DNA of 64,000 bases, from contig OX597842.1 in the NCBI GenBank assembly GCA_951406725.2, positions 4,774,001 through 4,838,000 of the forward strand. The letters are read 5' to 3'. The notes under the pieces are model-generated. The model did no database searches, was not told where the DNA came from, and was given only the letters and a program-made list of their open reading frames with translations. This document shows, in pieces, positions 1-11,335 of the stretch. The position numbers and the translations under genes are program-made. The stretch comes from Octopus vulgaris. Lineage: Eukaryota. The stretch's first letter is position 1; every line of letters starts with the position of its first letter.

Positions 1-365
1 AGCATGGGTTGGACGATTTGACTGAGGGCTAGCGAATCAGATGGCTGCACCGGACTTCAATCTTGATCTGGCATAGTTTCTACAGCTGGATGCTCTTCCT
101 AACACCAACCACTCCGAGAGTGTAGTGGGTGCTTTTACATGCCACCGGCACGGGGCCAGTCAGGCGGTACTAGCAACGACCTTGTTCGAATCTTTTACAC
201 ATGCCACCGGCACAGGTGCCAGTAAGGCGATGCTGATAACGATCATGCTCAAATGGTGTCTTTTACGTGCCACTGGCACGGAAGCCGGTTAGCTGCTCTG
301 TCAATAATCACACTTGTATGGTGCTCCTTGCACCCTGCTAGCATGGACGCCAGTCATCGAATTTG
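1..365 (-). mobile_element. RTE-family LINE 3' UTR fragment
   Basis: Same sequence (gcatgggttggacg...ctacagctggatgc...aaccactccgagagtgtagtgggtgc) as the 3' end of the RT-bearing element at 46220-48296. Confidence 0.8.
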
Positions 366-597
366 ATCCAAAACCTTATAAATGAATTTGGTTGACAGAA
401 ACTGAAAAAAAGCTTGTGTGTACCCCCCCCCCCCCACTACTGCTCGAAAACTGGTATTGGTGTGTTTATGCCCTATAACTTAGCAGTTCAGCAATACAGA
501 CTGATAGAATAAGTACCTGGCTTTAAAAAAAATTTGATTTGTTCAACTAAACCCTTGAAGGTGGTTACAGTCTGACTGAAACCAGTAAAAGATATAT

Positions 598-927
598 AGG
601 AGTGGCTGTGTGGTAAGTAGCTTGCTTACCAACCACATGGTTCCGGGTTCAGTCCCACTGCGTGGTACCTTGGGCAAGTGTTTTTACTATAGCCTCAGGC
701 TGACCAAAGCCTTGTGAGTGGATTTGGTAGATGGAAACTGAAAGAAGCCCATTGTCTGTATATATATATGTGTATGTTTGCGTGTCTGTGTTTGTCCCTC
801 CACCAACTCTTAACAATTGATGCTGGTGTGTTTGCGTGTCTGTAACTTAGCAGTTTGGTAAAGGAGACTAATAAAATAAGTACTAAGCTTATAAAGAATG
901 AGTCCTGGGGTTGATTTGTTCAACTAA
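598..927 (+). mobile_element. tRNA-derived SINE family A
   Basis: A-box-like TGGCTGTGTGG and B-box GGTTCAGTCCC, internal (TA/TG)n, body shared with 33188-33580. Confidence 0.85.
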
Positions 928-1271
928 ATGTGGTTGGGAAGCAAGTGTCTTCCTACACAGTCACACCTAGTTGTTGGCTACCTTTAACAGAGTCCGCTCT
1001 ATTACAATCAGTCAGATCAGGTTTAACCCTTTAGCATTCAGATTACTCTGTCAAATCTAATGCTTATTTATTCACATTATTTTCAGTTAATCACAAATAA
1101 TTTCATAGCTTCAAGATTTCAATGATGTGATTATTTTTATCTTTAGAGTAACAATTGGCCAATTCGAACATAAAACAAATAGAATACTTTAGTGAGACTT
1201 GACCAGTTTAACCCTTTCGCATTCAGATTACTCTGTCAAATGTAATCCTTATTTGTTCATATAGTTCTGAA

Positions 1272-1625
1272 TTAACCCTTTTGTTACCATATTTCCCGTT
1301 GAAATACTCTGCCTTTGTTTCAATTAATTCTGAAAATAATGAAGAGTTTAGTGAAATAATTAAAGTGGTGTTTAAGGTGAGGAGCTGGCAGAATTGTTAG
1401 CATGCAGGCAAAATGCTTAGTGGCATTTTATTTGTCTTTGTGTTCTGAGTTCAAATTCCACTGAGGTGATGTTACTTTTCATCTTTCCTGTTTAAATTGA
1501 ACTAAATTAAAATAGCTGTAGCCTATACCATGACCTGGTTATTTTTATAAATTTTTCATTATTTTCAAAACGAATTGTAACAAAGGCAGTGTATTTCAAC
1601 AGAATTATGCTAACAAAATGGTTAA
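1272..1625. mobile_element. piggyBac-like MITE (TTAA-flanked), part of a nest spanning about 1020-2105
   Basis: ttaa-cccttttgttaccatatttcccgttgaaatactctgcctttgtt ... aacaaaggcagtgtatttcaacagaattatgctaacaaaatgg-ttaa imperfect TIRs. Contains a SINE B fragment at about 1374-1490. Confidence 0.65.
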
Positions 1626-2676
1626 CCCTTTCATTACTATATTTCTGACCAAAATACATCCCTCATGAGTTTCAATTAAATTCTAAAATAATCATGAATT
1701 TAGACTAGTTTCATTAAACAACTGTAACTTTTTTTACTTATCAACATATTAATGTGATATTTGGAAGATAATTAAAGAAAGGGTTCTTAATCAATTCTGT
1801 TGCATAATTTTTGTCTCAAAATGACTTTAAAGTGATCTAAATTTAAAATTTCCATCAAAATGTCATGTTAATTTATGTTCCAAACACCAGTTTGATAATG
1901 GTTTCAAATTTTAGTACAAGGTCAGCAATTGCAGGAGAGGGGCAAGTTGATTACATCAACCCCAATGCTTAACTGGTACTTAGCCCTCTCCTGCAATTGC
2001 TGACCTTGTACTAAAATGATGTGATTGTATATTTTTAGAATGGCATAATAGGGCAGGTTTCAATATAAAGTAGGAGAATGTTTGGGCTGGATTAAATGCT
2101 AAAGGAATAAGGGTTCCTACTTCCTTCTCTCCCACCACTCCTAGATATCCAGGAAAGGGTCATGAGCATGGCCAGTTCTCCTGTCTAAAGATAGAAACAT
2201 AATCAGTGTCACTTTAGCATGCAGTCTACTGGAGTATCCATAGTGTGTACCGTGAAATGACCTGATAGGGGTTAGGGTTTAGCATTATGGTTAGGATTAG
2301 GGTTAAAATTTAGCAGTTAAGATTTAGTATTAGAATATAGCATTCAGTGTTAGGATTTAGGATTAGGTTTAAGATTAAAATGCGGTTTATTTGGCCATTT
2401 ACACTTTAGCATGCAGTCTAACTCTAAACAAAACCCTAAATGCTAAATTCCAACCCTAAATCATCATCATGATCATTTGATGGAAAGTGGACGTTAAACG
2501 ATGATGATGATGATGATGATTTAGGGTTGGAATTTAGCATTTAGGGTTATGTTTAGAGTTAGACTGCATGCAAAGTGTAAATGAGTAAGTAAACTGCACA
2601 CTAAAGTGTCAGCAAATAATCACCATTCTCTATGGAATGTCCTCCGTTCATTAATTATTCTTTTAATTAATTACAG

Positions 2677-2763
2677 GTCAACCTAATTGGTCTGAAAGTA
2701 ACAGACCCTGTCATACACTGCTGTGAAAAATGCTGCTTACCCATTCTAACTTATGGACGAATG
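2677..2763 (+). CDS. CBLL1: Hakai/CBLL1 internal coding exon (N-terminal half of RING)
   Basis: Acceptor ttacag|GTC and donor ATG|gtaagt. Translates VNLIGLKVTDPVIHCCEKCCLPILTYGRM, matching the Hakai HxCxKCxLPIxxYGRM motif. Phase 0 joins the next exon. Upstream exons lie outside the window. Confidence 0.93.
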
Positions 2764-2864
2764 GTAAGTGGTTTATATTTTCTTTTTTTATTGTTTTTTT
2801 ATTGTTTGATTCACATATTGGACACATATTCAAATTTGCTTTACTATATTTCTATAACATTAAA

Positions 2865-3435
2865 TAGTGAAGAATTCCTGGTTGAAGTAGGGTCTCTCCA
2901 AAGATCAGACCTCAGCCCACTCTTATTCATCATAGTCCTCCAGGCAATAACAGAGGAATTCAAGACAGGATGCCCCTGGGAGCTCCTCTATGCTGATGAC
3001 CTTGCTCTCATAGCTGAATTACTACCAGAACTAGAGAAGAAATTTCAGGTGTGGAAGCAAGGTTTAGAATTGAAGGGCCTTAGAGTCAGTGTTGCAAATA
3101 TGAGGTGGTGAAGCATGACCTTCGAACATTGGGCCTCAGAGAAGCAATTACAAGAGACCAAAACCTCTGGAGATATGCTGTAATTGAGAAGACATGGCAA
3201 GTAAAGTGAGATCGCAGCCGTAGCCTATACCAGTGTCGCATAACCAGCCCATTTAAAAAGTACCTTTGAATCGTTGGATGACACTCCATGCTATTGAGTC
3301 AAGTAAAATCAAAATCCCAATCAAATCAAAACTAAAATGGAAATTGTAGTTGTGGCCAATGCCAGTGCCGCCTAACTGGCTCCCTGCGCTGGTGGCACCT
3401 ATAAAGCACCATCTGAACATGGTCGATGATGATGA
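2865..3435 (+). mobile_element. Internally deleted RTE LINE fragment (RT palm fused to 3' end)
   Basis: LSPLLFIIVLQAITEEFKTGCPWELLYADDLALIAE, then a jump to the ORF2 C-terminus (gaggtggtgaagcatgacc) and 3' UTR. Confidence 0.85.
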
Positions 3436-3469
3436 TTAAAGTTAATGTAAATAAACCTTCCATTTGTAA

Positions 3470-3997
3470 CAGGGTGCATTGTCGTCATGGAGAATCTACA
3501 GATGTGGCCACCTCCACTGAATGTCCTCCCTCAAATGCTTCAAAATGTCACAGAACTCTCAATTAACAGTCTGGCCCTGGGGGACAAATTCTTGATGTAC
3601 AATACCACATTTCCAGAGATGATACTCGTGGCAGGTCTTTCCAGGGATGTTCTTCCGCTTTTGAAGCACTTGTGCCATTTGAAACAATCTGTACAACCCA
3701 TTGCCTCATCAAAGTAAGCTTGCTGAGCATTCTCAATGTCTTTGTAGCAGACTTACCAAGTTCAATGCAAAATTTCATGTTGGCTTTTTGTTCCTGCCCA
3801 TGACAAAAGTCGCAGACTACTGTGTACACATAATCACAAAAACACAGATTTCACAACTTGAGAAGTAAGCACAGTGATGTCACAGGGCACACAGCTTCAT
3901 GAAGGTCACTGCAAGCTCTCACTATATGCAGTCATGTGCTGCCATTTGTTGGTGCACTACAGAACTACTCCGGGAATTTTTTGATGCCACCTTGTAT
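3470..3997 (-). mobile_element. mariner-type transposon 5' remnant
   Basis: QKANMKFCIELGKSATKTLRML is the mariner/SETMAR-type N-terminal HTH. A terminus TACAAGGTGGCATCAAAAAATTCCCGG lies on the minus strand next to TA. Confidence 0.7.
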
Positions 3998-4297
3998 ATA
4001 TGTATATTGGTTCGTTCATTGCAGTTACTTCAAATGAGTTGTGTTTTTTATTGATGAATAGTTATTACATCATGCAAAAAAAAACAATTGTAATCAGGTG
4101 AATATACCTGAATTCATCATCGTTTAATGTCTGTTATCCATGCTGGCATGGGTTGGACGGTTTGATTGAGGACTGGAAAGCCAGTAGACTGCCCCAGGCT
4201 CCAATCTGATCTGGCAAGGTTTCTACAGTTGGGTGTAGTAGGTGCTTTTTACGTGCCACGGGCACGGGAGCGAGTCAGGCGGTATCTGGCATCGACC

Positions 4298-4724
4298 ATG
4301 TATATATATGTGTGTGCGTATATATGTATGTATGTATATATGTATGTATATATATATATGTGTGTATATATGTATGTATATGTATATATGTATGTATATA
4401 TATATATGTGTGTATATATGTATGTATATATATATGTGTATATATATATATATGTATGTATATATATGTGTATATATATATATATGTATGTATATAGATA
4501 TGTATATATATATATGTATGTATATAGATATGTATATATATATATGTATGTATATAGATATGTATATATATATATGTATGTATATAGATATGTATATATA
4601 TATATGTATGTATATAGATATGTATATATATATATGTATGTATATAGATATGTATATATATATATATGTATGTATATATATGCATATATATATATGTGTG
4701 TGTTTATATATGTATATATATATA
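4298..4724. repeat. (TA)n/(TATG)n microsatellite with a 30-bp higher-order unit
   Basis: Unit tgtatatatatatatgtatgtatatagata repeated about 5-6 times. Confidence 0.95.
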
Positions 4725-5976
4725 TCTCTTATTATAAATCTCTTATTATAAAAGGCAGATTTTATCTGCCTCCCTTTGTCACTTATAGAAATCTACAATA
4801 TAGGATTTCTTCAATTACAATTTACCTAGCATTTTTAAGAGTAGAATGCATCGGGTCATGCCAGGTCCAGTTTTTAAAATTTAAACTCCAATTAAGCAAA
4901 ATTTACAGAAAACTCACATTCTGGTGTGTATGTCAAATGCTTTTCTTAGTCTGGTTTACAGCACACGCAAACGCACACACACAGTGTGCAACGAATAAAC
5001 TGAAACTAATTCACTGTGTGTGTGTTGACAGGTAGACAATAGAATGCGATGGCGATGTAATATTTGTTTCTGTCTATCACGCTGATAGATACATGAGTAA
5101 AATGTATGGCAAGCTAAGAGATAAGAGTGAGTGAAAATGTTCTTGGAAGAGAGTAAATAGCGACAGAGTGATTTGAGGAAGACTAAACTGAAAGTATGAA
5201 ACAGTGTTTATGTATAAACAGACGACACTTATATATAGTTATTAATAAATGTATGCATCCGTTTAACCCTTTCGTTACCAAACCGCCAGAATTTACCTAT
5301 TCATATTTAAATGAGAATATCAGAGTAAATCTCTTTAGTACATTCGTGAAAACACGTATTATACTTCGTAAACACTTCAAATACAGTTTTGTACAAAAAT
5401 CGAAGTGTAATTTTAATTCCGTGAATTATGGGAGATTTTTTTCCGAAATTTGTTCCTATTGTGTTTTCAAAATTTGTAATTCTGACAAAAAATGGATACG
5501 AATTTCATTATATCAAGCAGCGAGTCAGAATTCGAAGGATTTTCTACTGAAGACCTTCATAAATCTAACTCTATGACTGAAAAAAAAAGCATCTTTATAT
5601 AAGAGTGAAGTTGTGTGTCTGTCTCCTACGATTTAGATTCGTAACTACTCCCACATTTTGCGGTGCAGTTTAACCAAAAGCGGGTATCTTATAGTCGTGA
5701 TTCATATCGAGCCCTTCTGGGTATTAGCGCGCGTCTACGATTTAAAAAAAATTTACCATCATATTTTTCCATTTTAATGCATTTTTTTCGCTTTTATATA
5801 AGGGAAGTAACTCTCTAAAAATATCTACGATGTGTCAACGATTTAAAAAAAATTTACCTTAATTTTTTTTTCAATTTTTAATGCATTTTTTTGCTATTTT
5901 TTGGCTATAACTCTCTAAAAATGCTTACATAGTTATTTCCCTTACAAACCCGAGCAACGCCGGGCGATACTGCTAG
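4725..5976 (+). mobile_element. Non-autonomous compound Helitron
   Basis: 5' A|TC(tcttattataaaag), a second 5'-like start at 5592 (A|TCtttatataagag), subterminal hairpin CCCG-agcaacgc-CGGG and 3' CTAG|T. Confidence 0.8.
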
Positions 5977-6013
<37 letters not shown>

Positions 6014-6014
6014 T

Positions 6015-6045
<31 letters not shown>

Positions 6046-6046
6046 A

Positions 6047-6600
6047 GGAGAGAATTCACAAAAAACTAAAGACGAAGACAGGAGGTGGTGTACACAAACA
6101 AGTGTATTAATTTGATACTTGGGAAGTGAAAGAGTCTTTAACATTTCGAGCCTATGCTCTTCTACAGAAAGAAACAAGGAGAGAAAATAAAGAATGTGTA
6201 GTGGCTAGTGATCTATCATGGCGGATGCCAGACAGAGGGGTCACACAGGAGAGCTAGGAGGAAGGGGAGATTATAAAGTAGTGGTGATCCCAAAATGAAG
6301 GTGCACGTGCGTGTATGGAAGAGGGGCGGTGACCTTGACGTGTGTATGTGTAGGTATGTGGATGATGGTGTGAGGCTGGGAAGTGGTCAGTGCTAGTGTG
6401 TGCTTGGTGGTTTGATGTGGTGGTGTGGTGTGGTGTGGGGATGTGGGGGAGGCAAGAGTGAAAAGCAAGGGTAGAGATGGGGTATGTGGGAGTGGGTGTA
6501 AGGGATGGAGTGGGATGGGATGGATAGGGAAGGTGAGGTTGGATTGTGTAGGGGTGGGGTTACGAGGGAGGTGTGATGATGAAGGGAGAGAGGGAACGCA
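6047..6600 (-). mobile_element. Penelope-like element 3' end (same family as 49298-51180)
   Basis: Colinear with 49298-49800. Contains a hammerhead-like motif at 6136-6171. Confidence 0.8.
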
Positions 6601-6769
6601 AATGTTTGATATAATAGCATTTGGAATGAAAAAGAATAATTATATATGTAAACTAGCAGCTAAGCCAGGTTTCACCTGGTCTGTTTGGATGATTAGGCAT
6701 AATCTATTACAACTGTGCGTGCGCGTGTATGTATATGTGTCGGTGTGTATGTGAATTTGTGTGTTTGTA

Positions 6770-7150
6770 CGTGTGTATGTCTGTGTGTGTGTATTGTATA
6801 TATATGTAAATGTGTGTGTACGTGCGTGCGAGTGAATGTATGTATATATGTGCGTGTGTGTATATATGTATGTATGTATATATGTGTATATGTATATATA
6901 TATGTGTATATGTATATATATGTATGTATGTATATATATGTATGTATGTATATATATATATATATGTATGTATATACATATATGTGTGTATATGTATATA
7001 TATATGTATGTATGTATGTATGTATATATATGTATATGTATGTATGTATGTATATATATGTATACATATGTATATGTGTATATATATATATATATATACA
7101 CATATATACTATGTATATACATATTATGCGTATATATATATATATATATA
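6770..7150. repeat. (TG)/(TA)/(TATG) microsatellite flanked by minus-strand Helitron-like 3' ends
   Basis: Direct reading. Helitron-like ends: actagcagctaagccaggtttcacctggt (about 6652) and actagtattatgacccgtcgttgccagg (about 7150). Confidence 0.85.
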
Positions 7151-8329
7151 CTAGTATTATGACCCGTCGTTGCCAGGTTATAGTGTGAGTGCATGTATAT
7201 ATGTGTACATATTACATGTACATCTATATATATACATCTACACAAAATATAAAATACAAAGTTATATCTTGATATCGCTAGTGATAACAATACTCAAAAT
7301 ATATAACAGACTGGAATTGTAGGCCCATCTCTTGCAATTTCGATCAATTGTATCTTGTCCTCCCTCTTGTATAAAAGTGTGGCTACAATCCAGCCTACCT
7401 CTACTTCTGGTGTGGGGATAGAATTTTAATTTTTATCTGGGACGTCCTACGTCCCAGATATAAAGATAAAATTAAAATATTTCCACTTTGCAAGGTTCGA
7501 ATCGAGTACTCCCTTGCATGCTCCGTTGACTCGAACCTGCTTCTATTGTGGCGAATTTACCGCCTCTGGTTAGATTTTCGATGGTGCTTTCCTTCAGGTG
7601 TTCAAATCTTTTTTTTTTCTTTACATTGTATACTTTATAGACAATAGTCTTTTCTTTAATTTAATTTATTTTTTCATTTGGTGGTGTTATCCTACATTCA
7701 CTGTCTTCGTCGGTGATCAATTCGAAATAGGTTTGTATTTCTTCCATTTTAATTTTAATGAGTTCACGCCCGCCGACAGCTGAAGCGAAATTCATTTTGG
7801 GACTTTCTTCTATCAAAGTTATTCTAACAAAAATGCTTCTGTGTAAACGGTGAAAATATTGTCAATTTCCCCAAACAGAGACACAATTCAATTTTTAAAC
7901 AATAACCAAAGCTCCTTCTCCCAAAGGGGGAGGGTTACAGTTTACAATTATTTAACAAATGCAACACAACAACGTTTCCCTTACGAGGAACGAACAAACG
8001 TGATAACAATAGTTAAACAGTAATAATAACAACAAACCTTACGGTGAATCAAAAAAGTTGAAGCTATAGTCCTTTATGTATAATAGTCCATCTGGACTAT
8101 TCCATTTCTGCACGCTAATTTTATTTTTAATTTATTCCCATTCATATGAAACCACTTATTCAAGTTCAAGTGATTGATGCAATTTTATGCCACTTGCTAT
8201 TTTTACTTTTGTTATGTTACGATTATATTATACTTTAGTTTGATTTTAATTATTACTTACTATATATAATTCAATTGTTATTATTATCTCTAATTTTTAT
8301 TAAGGTGAAAGTATCTGACATAAAATAGA

Positions 8330-10406
8330 GCACCACTGTACATGGCTTGGACAGCTCTAGCAAGGCACTCCTCTACTCCTAACTTCCTTAGAGATCACTA
8401 TATAACAGAGCAGGGAACTCTGTCAAAAACTTTCTCCAGGTCAATGAAGGCTAAGTACAACCCATGGGTTATCAAAGCGTTGGCTCCGATCATCTGCGAG
8501 CCCTTAACGCGACTATTCAATATGTCATTGGCGACGGGTGTTATACCTGCAGACTGGAGAACAGTGATAATCTGCCCAATTTTCAAGAAACGGAGTCGCA
8601 AAGACCCGCTTAACTACCGACCGGTTTCCCTTACATCAATAATCAGCAAGATGTTCGAAACCATCCTTAAGAAAAGTATGATGCTCCACCTCCTAAACAC
8701 AGCCTCTATCTCTGATTCCCAACACGGCTTTGTGCCGAAGAGATCATGCTTGACCAACTTACTAGTAATGGAAGAATTGGTGACGCGCATCCTCGATGAT
8801 AGTGATGCTGTTGACATCGTTTTACTGAACTTTGCCAAAGCTTTTGACTCGGTAAACCACCGCCTATTACTTGTCAAGCTTCAAGCATATAGTTTCCATC
8901 CGGATATTGTACGATGGGTTGGTGCCTTCTTCTCAGATCGCTCCTTCCAAGTGCAAGTTAATGGTTCGCGGTCCGACGTCTCCAGTGCGAGCAGTGGCGT
9001 GCCTCAAGGTTCAGTGCTTGGACCCTTGTTGTTCTTAGTCTTCGTAAATGACTTGCCCGACGACCTCACGCAACACACCCTTCTATTTGCCGACGATATC
9101 AAACTGGTCGCTCCTCGCGGTAATATAGAGGATCTTCATCGATGCCTCCACCAAATTTGGAAGTGGTCTAACGATTGGGACCTGTGTCTGAACGTGTCAA
9201 AGTGCTGTCATCTGCCTGTCGGCTCTACTCCTGCAACTCAACTTGATTTCGAGCCGGGTCGTCTGCTGCTGGAGAGGACCGATCAGGTAAAGCACCTAGG
9301 TATCTTGGTGGATTCCTACTTTTCGCCTTCGGCCCAGTGCGTCCATGCTGCCAACAAAGCACGCGGAATTCTGTTCTTGATTCGACGGTCATTCGGAATG
9401 CTCACAGCAGCCATATTCCTACCACTCTATGTCACGCTGGTGAGACCCATATTGGAGTATGGGATTCAAGCCTCTTCTCCTTATCTCCTCAAAGACATAC
9501 AGCATCTCGAAAGAGTCCAGAAGCTGGCTACCCGCATGGTTCACGGTCTCAAAAATTTGTCCTACGAAGAAAGGCTGAGGACGCTCGACCTTTATTCTCT
9601 TGAAAAACGCCGCCGCCATAGTGATCTCATTCTCGCCCACAACATCATAAGCGGAAAGTGTAACCTCTCGAAAGAGCTGTTCTTCACTCCTGCTCCAGAG
9701 CGTCGGCTGCGGGGTCATTCCGAAAAGCTCTACCTGCGACGATTTCATCTCAATCGAAGGAGAGGAGCTTTCTCCGTCCGGGTTGCGGATCCGTGGAACA
9801 AGCTGCCAGACGAGATGGTAAAGATGCCGACGACCGCTTTGTTCAAAGCCTCCCTGGACCTCAAGTGGCCTGAACTCTTTACATGAACACCACCCTGTAC
9901 TTAACTCCATGTCCCCCTACATGGCCTTGCTATTTGCTTTTGAGCCAAATTAACTAACTAACTAACTAACTAACTAACAATAGCTTACTTTTGGCCAAGT
10001 ACTTTTCCTGCAGCTGTCTCACTAGGAAGGTGGCATTGGTGGTACTCTTCCCAGGCACAAAACCAAGCTGCATCTCATCTAGTTTAATTCTATTTCTTAT
10101 TAGTTGAGCTATAACCCTAACAGTAATTTTCATGACTTGGTCTAACATTTTAATAGCTCTGTAGTTTCTGTCTAAGGCATCACCTTTACCCTTATAACAG
10201 CTAACTATAATGCTACTATACCTGTTGTTGAGGAAGGTGCCCTCCTGAATAACCTGATCAACTATATAGGTGACTAAGCTATATCCTACACCACTGGAAA
10301 GTTAATCATCTCAGCAGTGATTCCTGATGGCCCAGGGGCTTTCCCTGTCTTCATGTCCTTAATTGCTTTATCTATTATGCTGATATCAACTGTGATGGCT
10401 GGTTCC
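8330..10406 (-). mobile_element. RTE LINE RT fragment split by the CR1 insertion
   Basis: Removing 8461-9978 rejoins QEKYLAKSKL-LYLAFIDLEKVFDRVP. Only a 3-4 bp (a)caa overlap at the junctions. Confidence 0.85.
8461..9978 (+). mobile_element. Young 5'-truncated CR1-clade LINE with uninterrupted RT reading frame
   Basis: NYRPVSLTS, QHGF, AKAFDSV, GVPQGSVLGPLLFLVFVNDL, LFADD and the CR1 C-terminus LSYEERL...LRGH...FSVRV..WNKLP. Short 3' UTR and an (ACTA)n tail at about 9950-9978. Confidence 0.92.
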
Positions 10407-10562
10407 TCAACTGGTTTGATATTTGGTAACGGGTGTGCAAAATAGACGTTGAGCAGTCGTAGTGTAAACTAAGCTTACACACCATATAGCTACCTTGGGC
10501 ACAGAAGGAAAGCTGTGGTATTTAATAATAATTATTATTCTTAAAGGCATTATTATTCTTAA

Positions 10563-10768
10563 ATTTCGCCGGGCGAAATGCTTAGCGGTATTTCGTCTGT
10601 TGTTATGTTCTGAGTTCAAATTCCGCCGAGGTTGACTTTGCTTTTCATCCTTTCGGGGTCGATAAATAAAGTACCAGTTTCGCACTGGGGTCGATGTAAT
10701 TGACTTAATCCTTTTGTCCTTGTTTGTCCCCTCTATGTTTAGCCCCTTGTGGGCAGTAAAGAAATATA
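10563..10768 (+). mobile_element. SINE family B (5'-truncated)
   Basis: gagttcaaattccgccgagg B-box and cctttcggggtcgataaa...gtaccag core, same as 14844-15078. Confidence 0.8.
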
Positions 10769-11335
10769 ATTATTATTCTTATCATTAAAATATTACTACT
10801 AAATTAATGTACATTTTTTCAATCGATAAATTTATCTCGTAACCATTTTGCAACAGGAGTACGGCTGAAATTGAAATGAAATGAAAATTATACATGGCCT
10901 TAGCAACTAGATATTGAAAGAAATAGGGGAATTCTAGATTCATTGACTAATTCACATATGAATAATAACAAAAATTTAGCTGTTGATTCAAGAAAGAGCG
11001 AACGAGCATGTTGTTGACTCAAGGAAAAGGAATCTATGTGTGTCTTTGTGTCTATGCTTGTCTGCCCACCACCACTTGGCAACGGGTGTTGGTGCGTTTA
11101 CTTCTCTGTAACTTAGTAGTTTGGCAAATGAAATTGATGGGCTTTAAAATTAAGTCTTAGGGTTGATTTGTTCTACTAAAACCCTTAATGGCTGCTGTTC
11201 AATTACTGAAACAAGTAAAAGGTAAAAGAGATATATAAATATATATATAAATTAGAGAAAAAACACTATTATGTAATTCAAACAATGATAGACATAAATC
11301 ACACCATATAGAAAAAATAAAATATATGATAATTT

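Noticed and set aside
4166-5035. Long Y/I/M/C/V-rich ORFs here and at about 6640-7290, 34355-34795, 37559-38041 and 45016-46242
   Set aside because: Translations of (TA)n/(TG)n microsatellites, which lack stop codons. Not genes.
8342-8460. N-terminus of the 514-aa ORF as part of a host or domesticated RT gene
   Set aside because: It is antisense RTE sequence fortuitously in frame with the 5'-truncated CR1 insertion.
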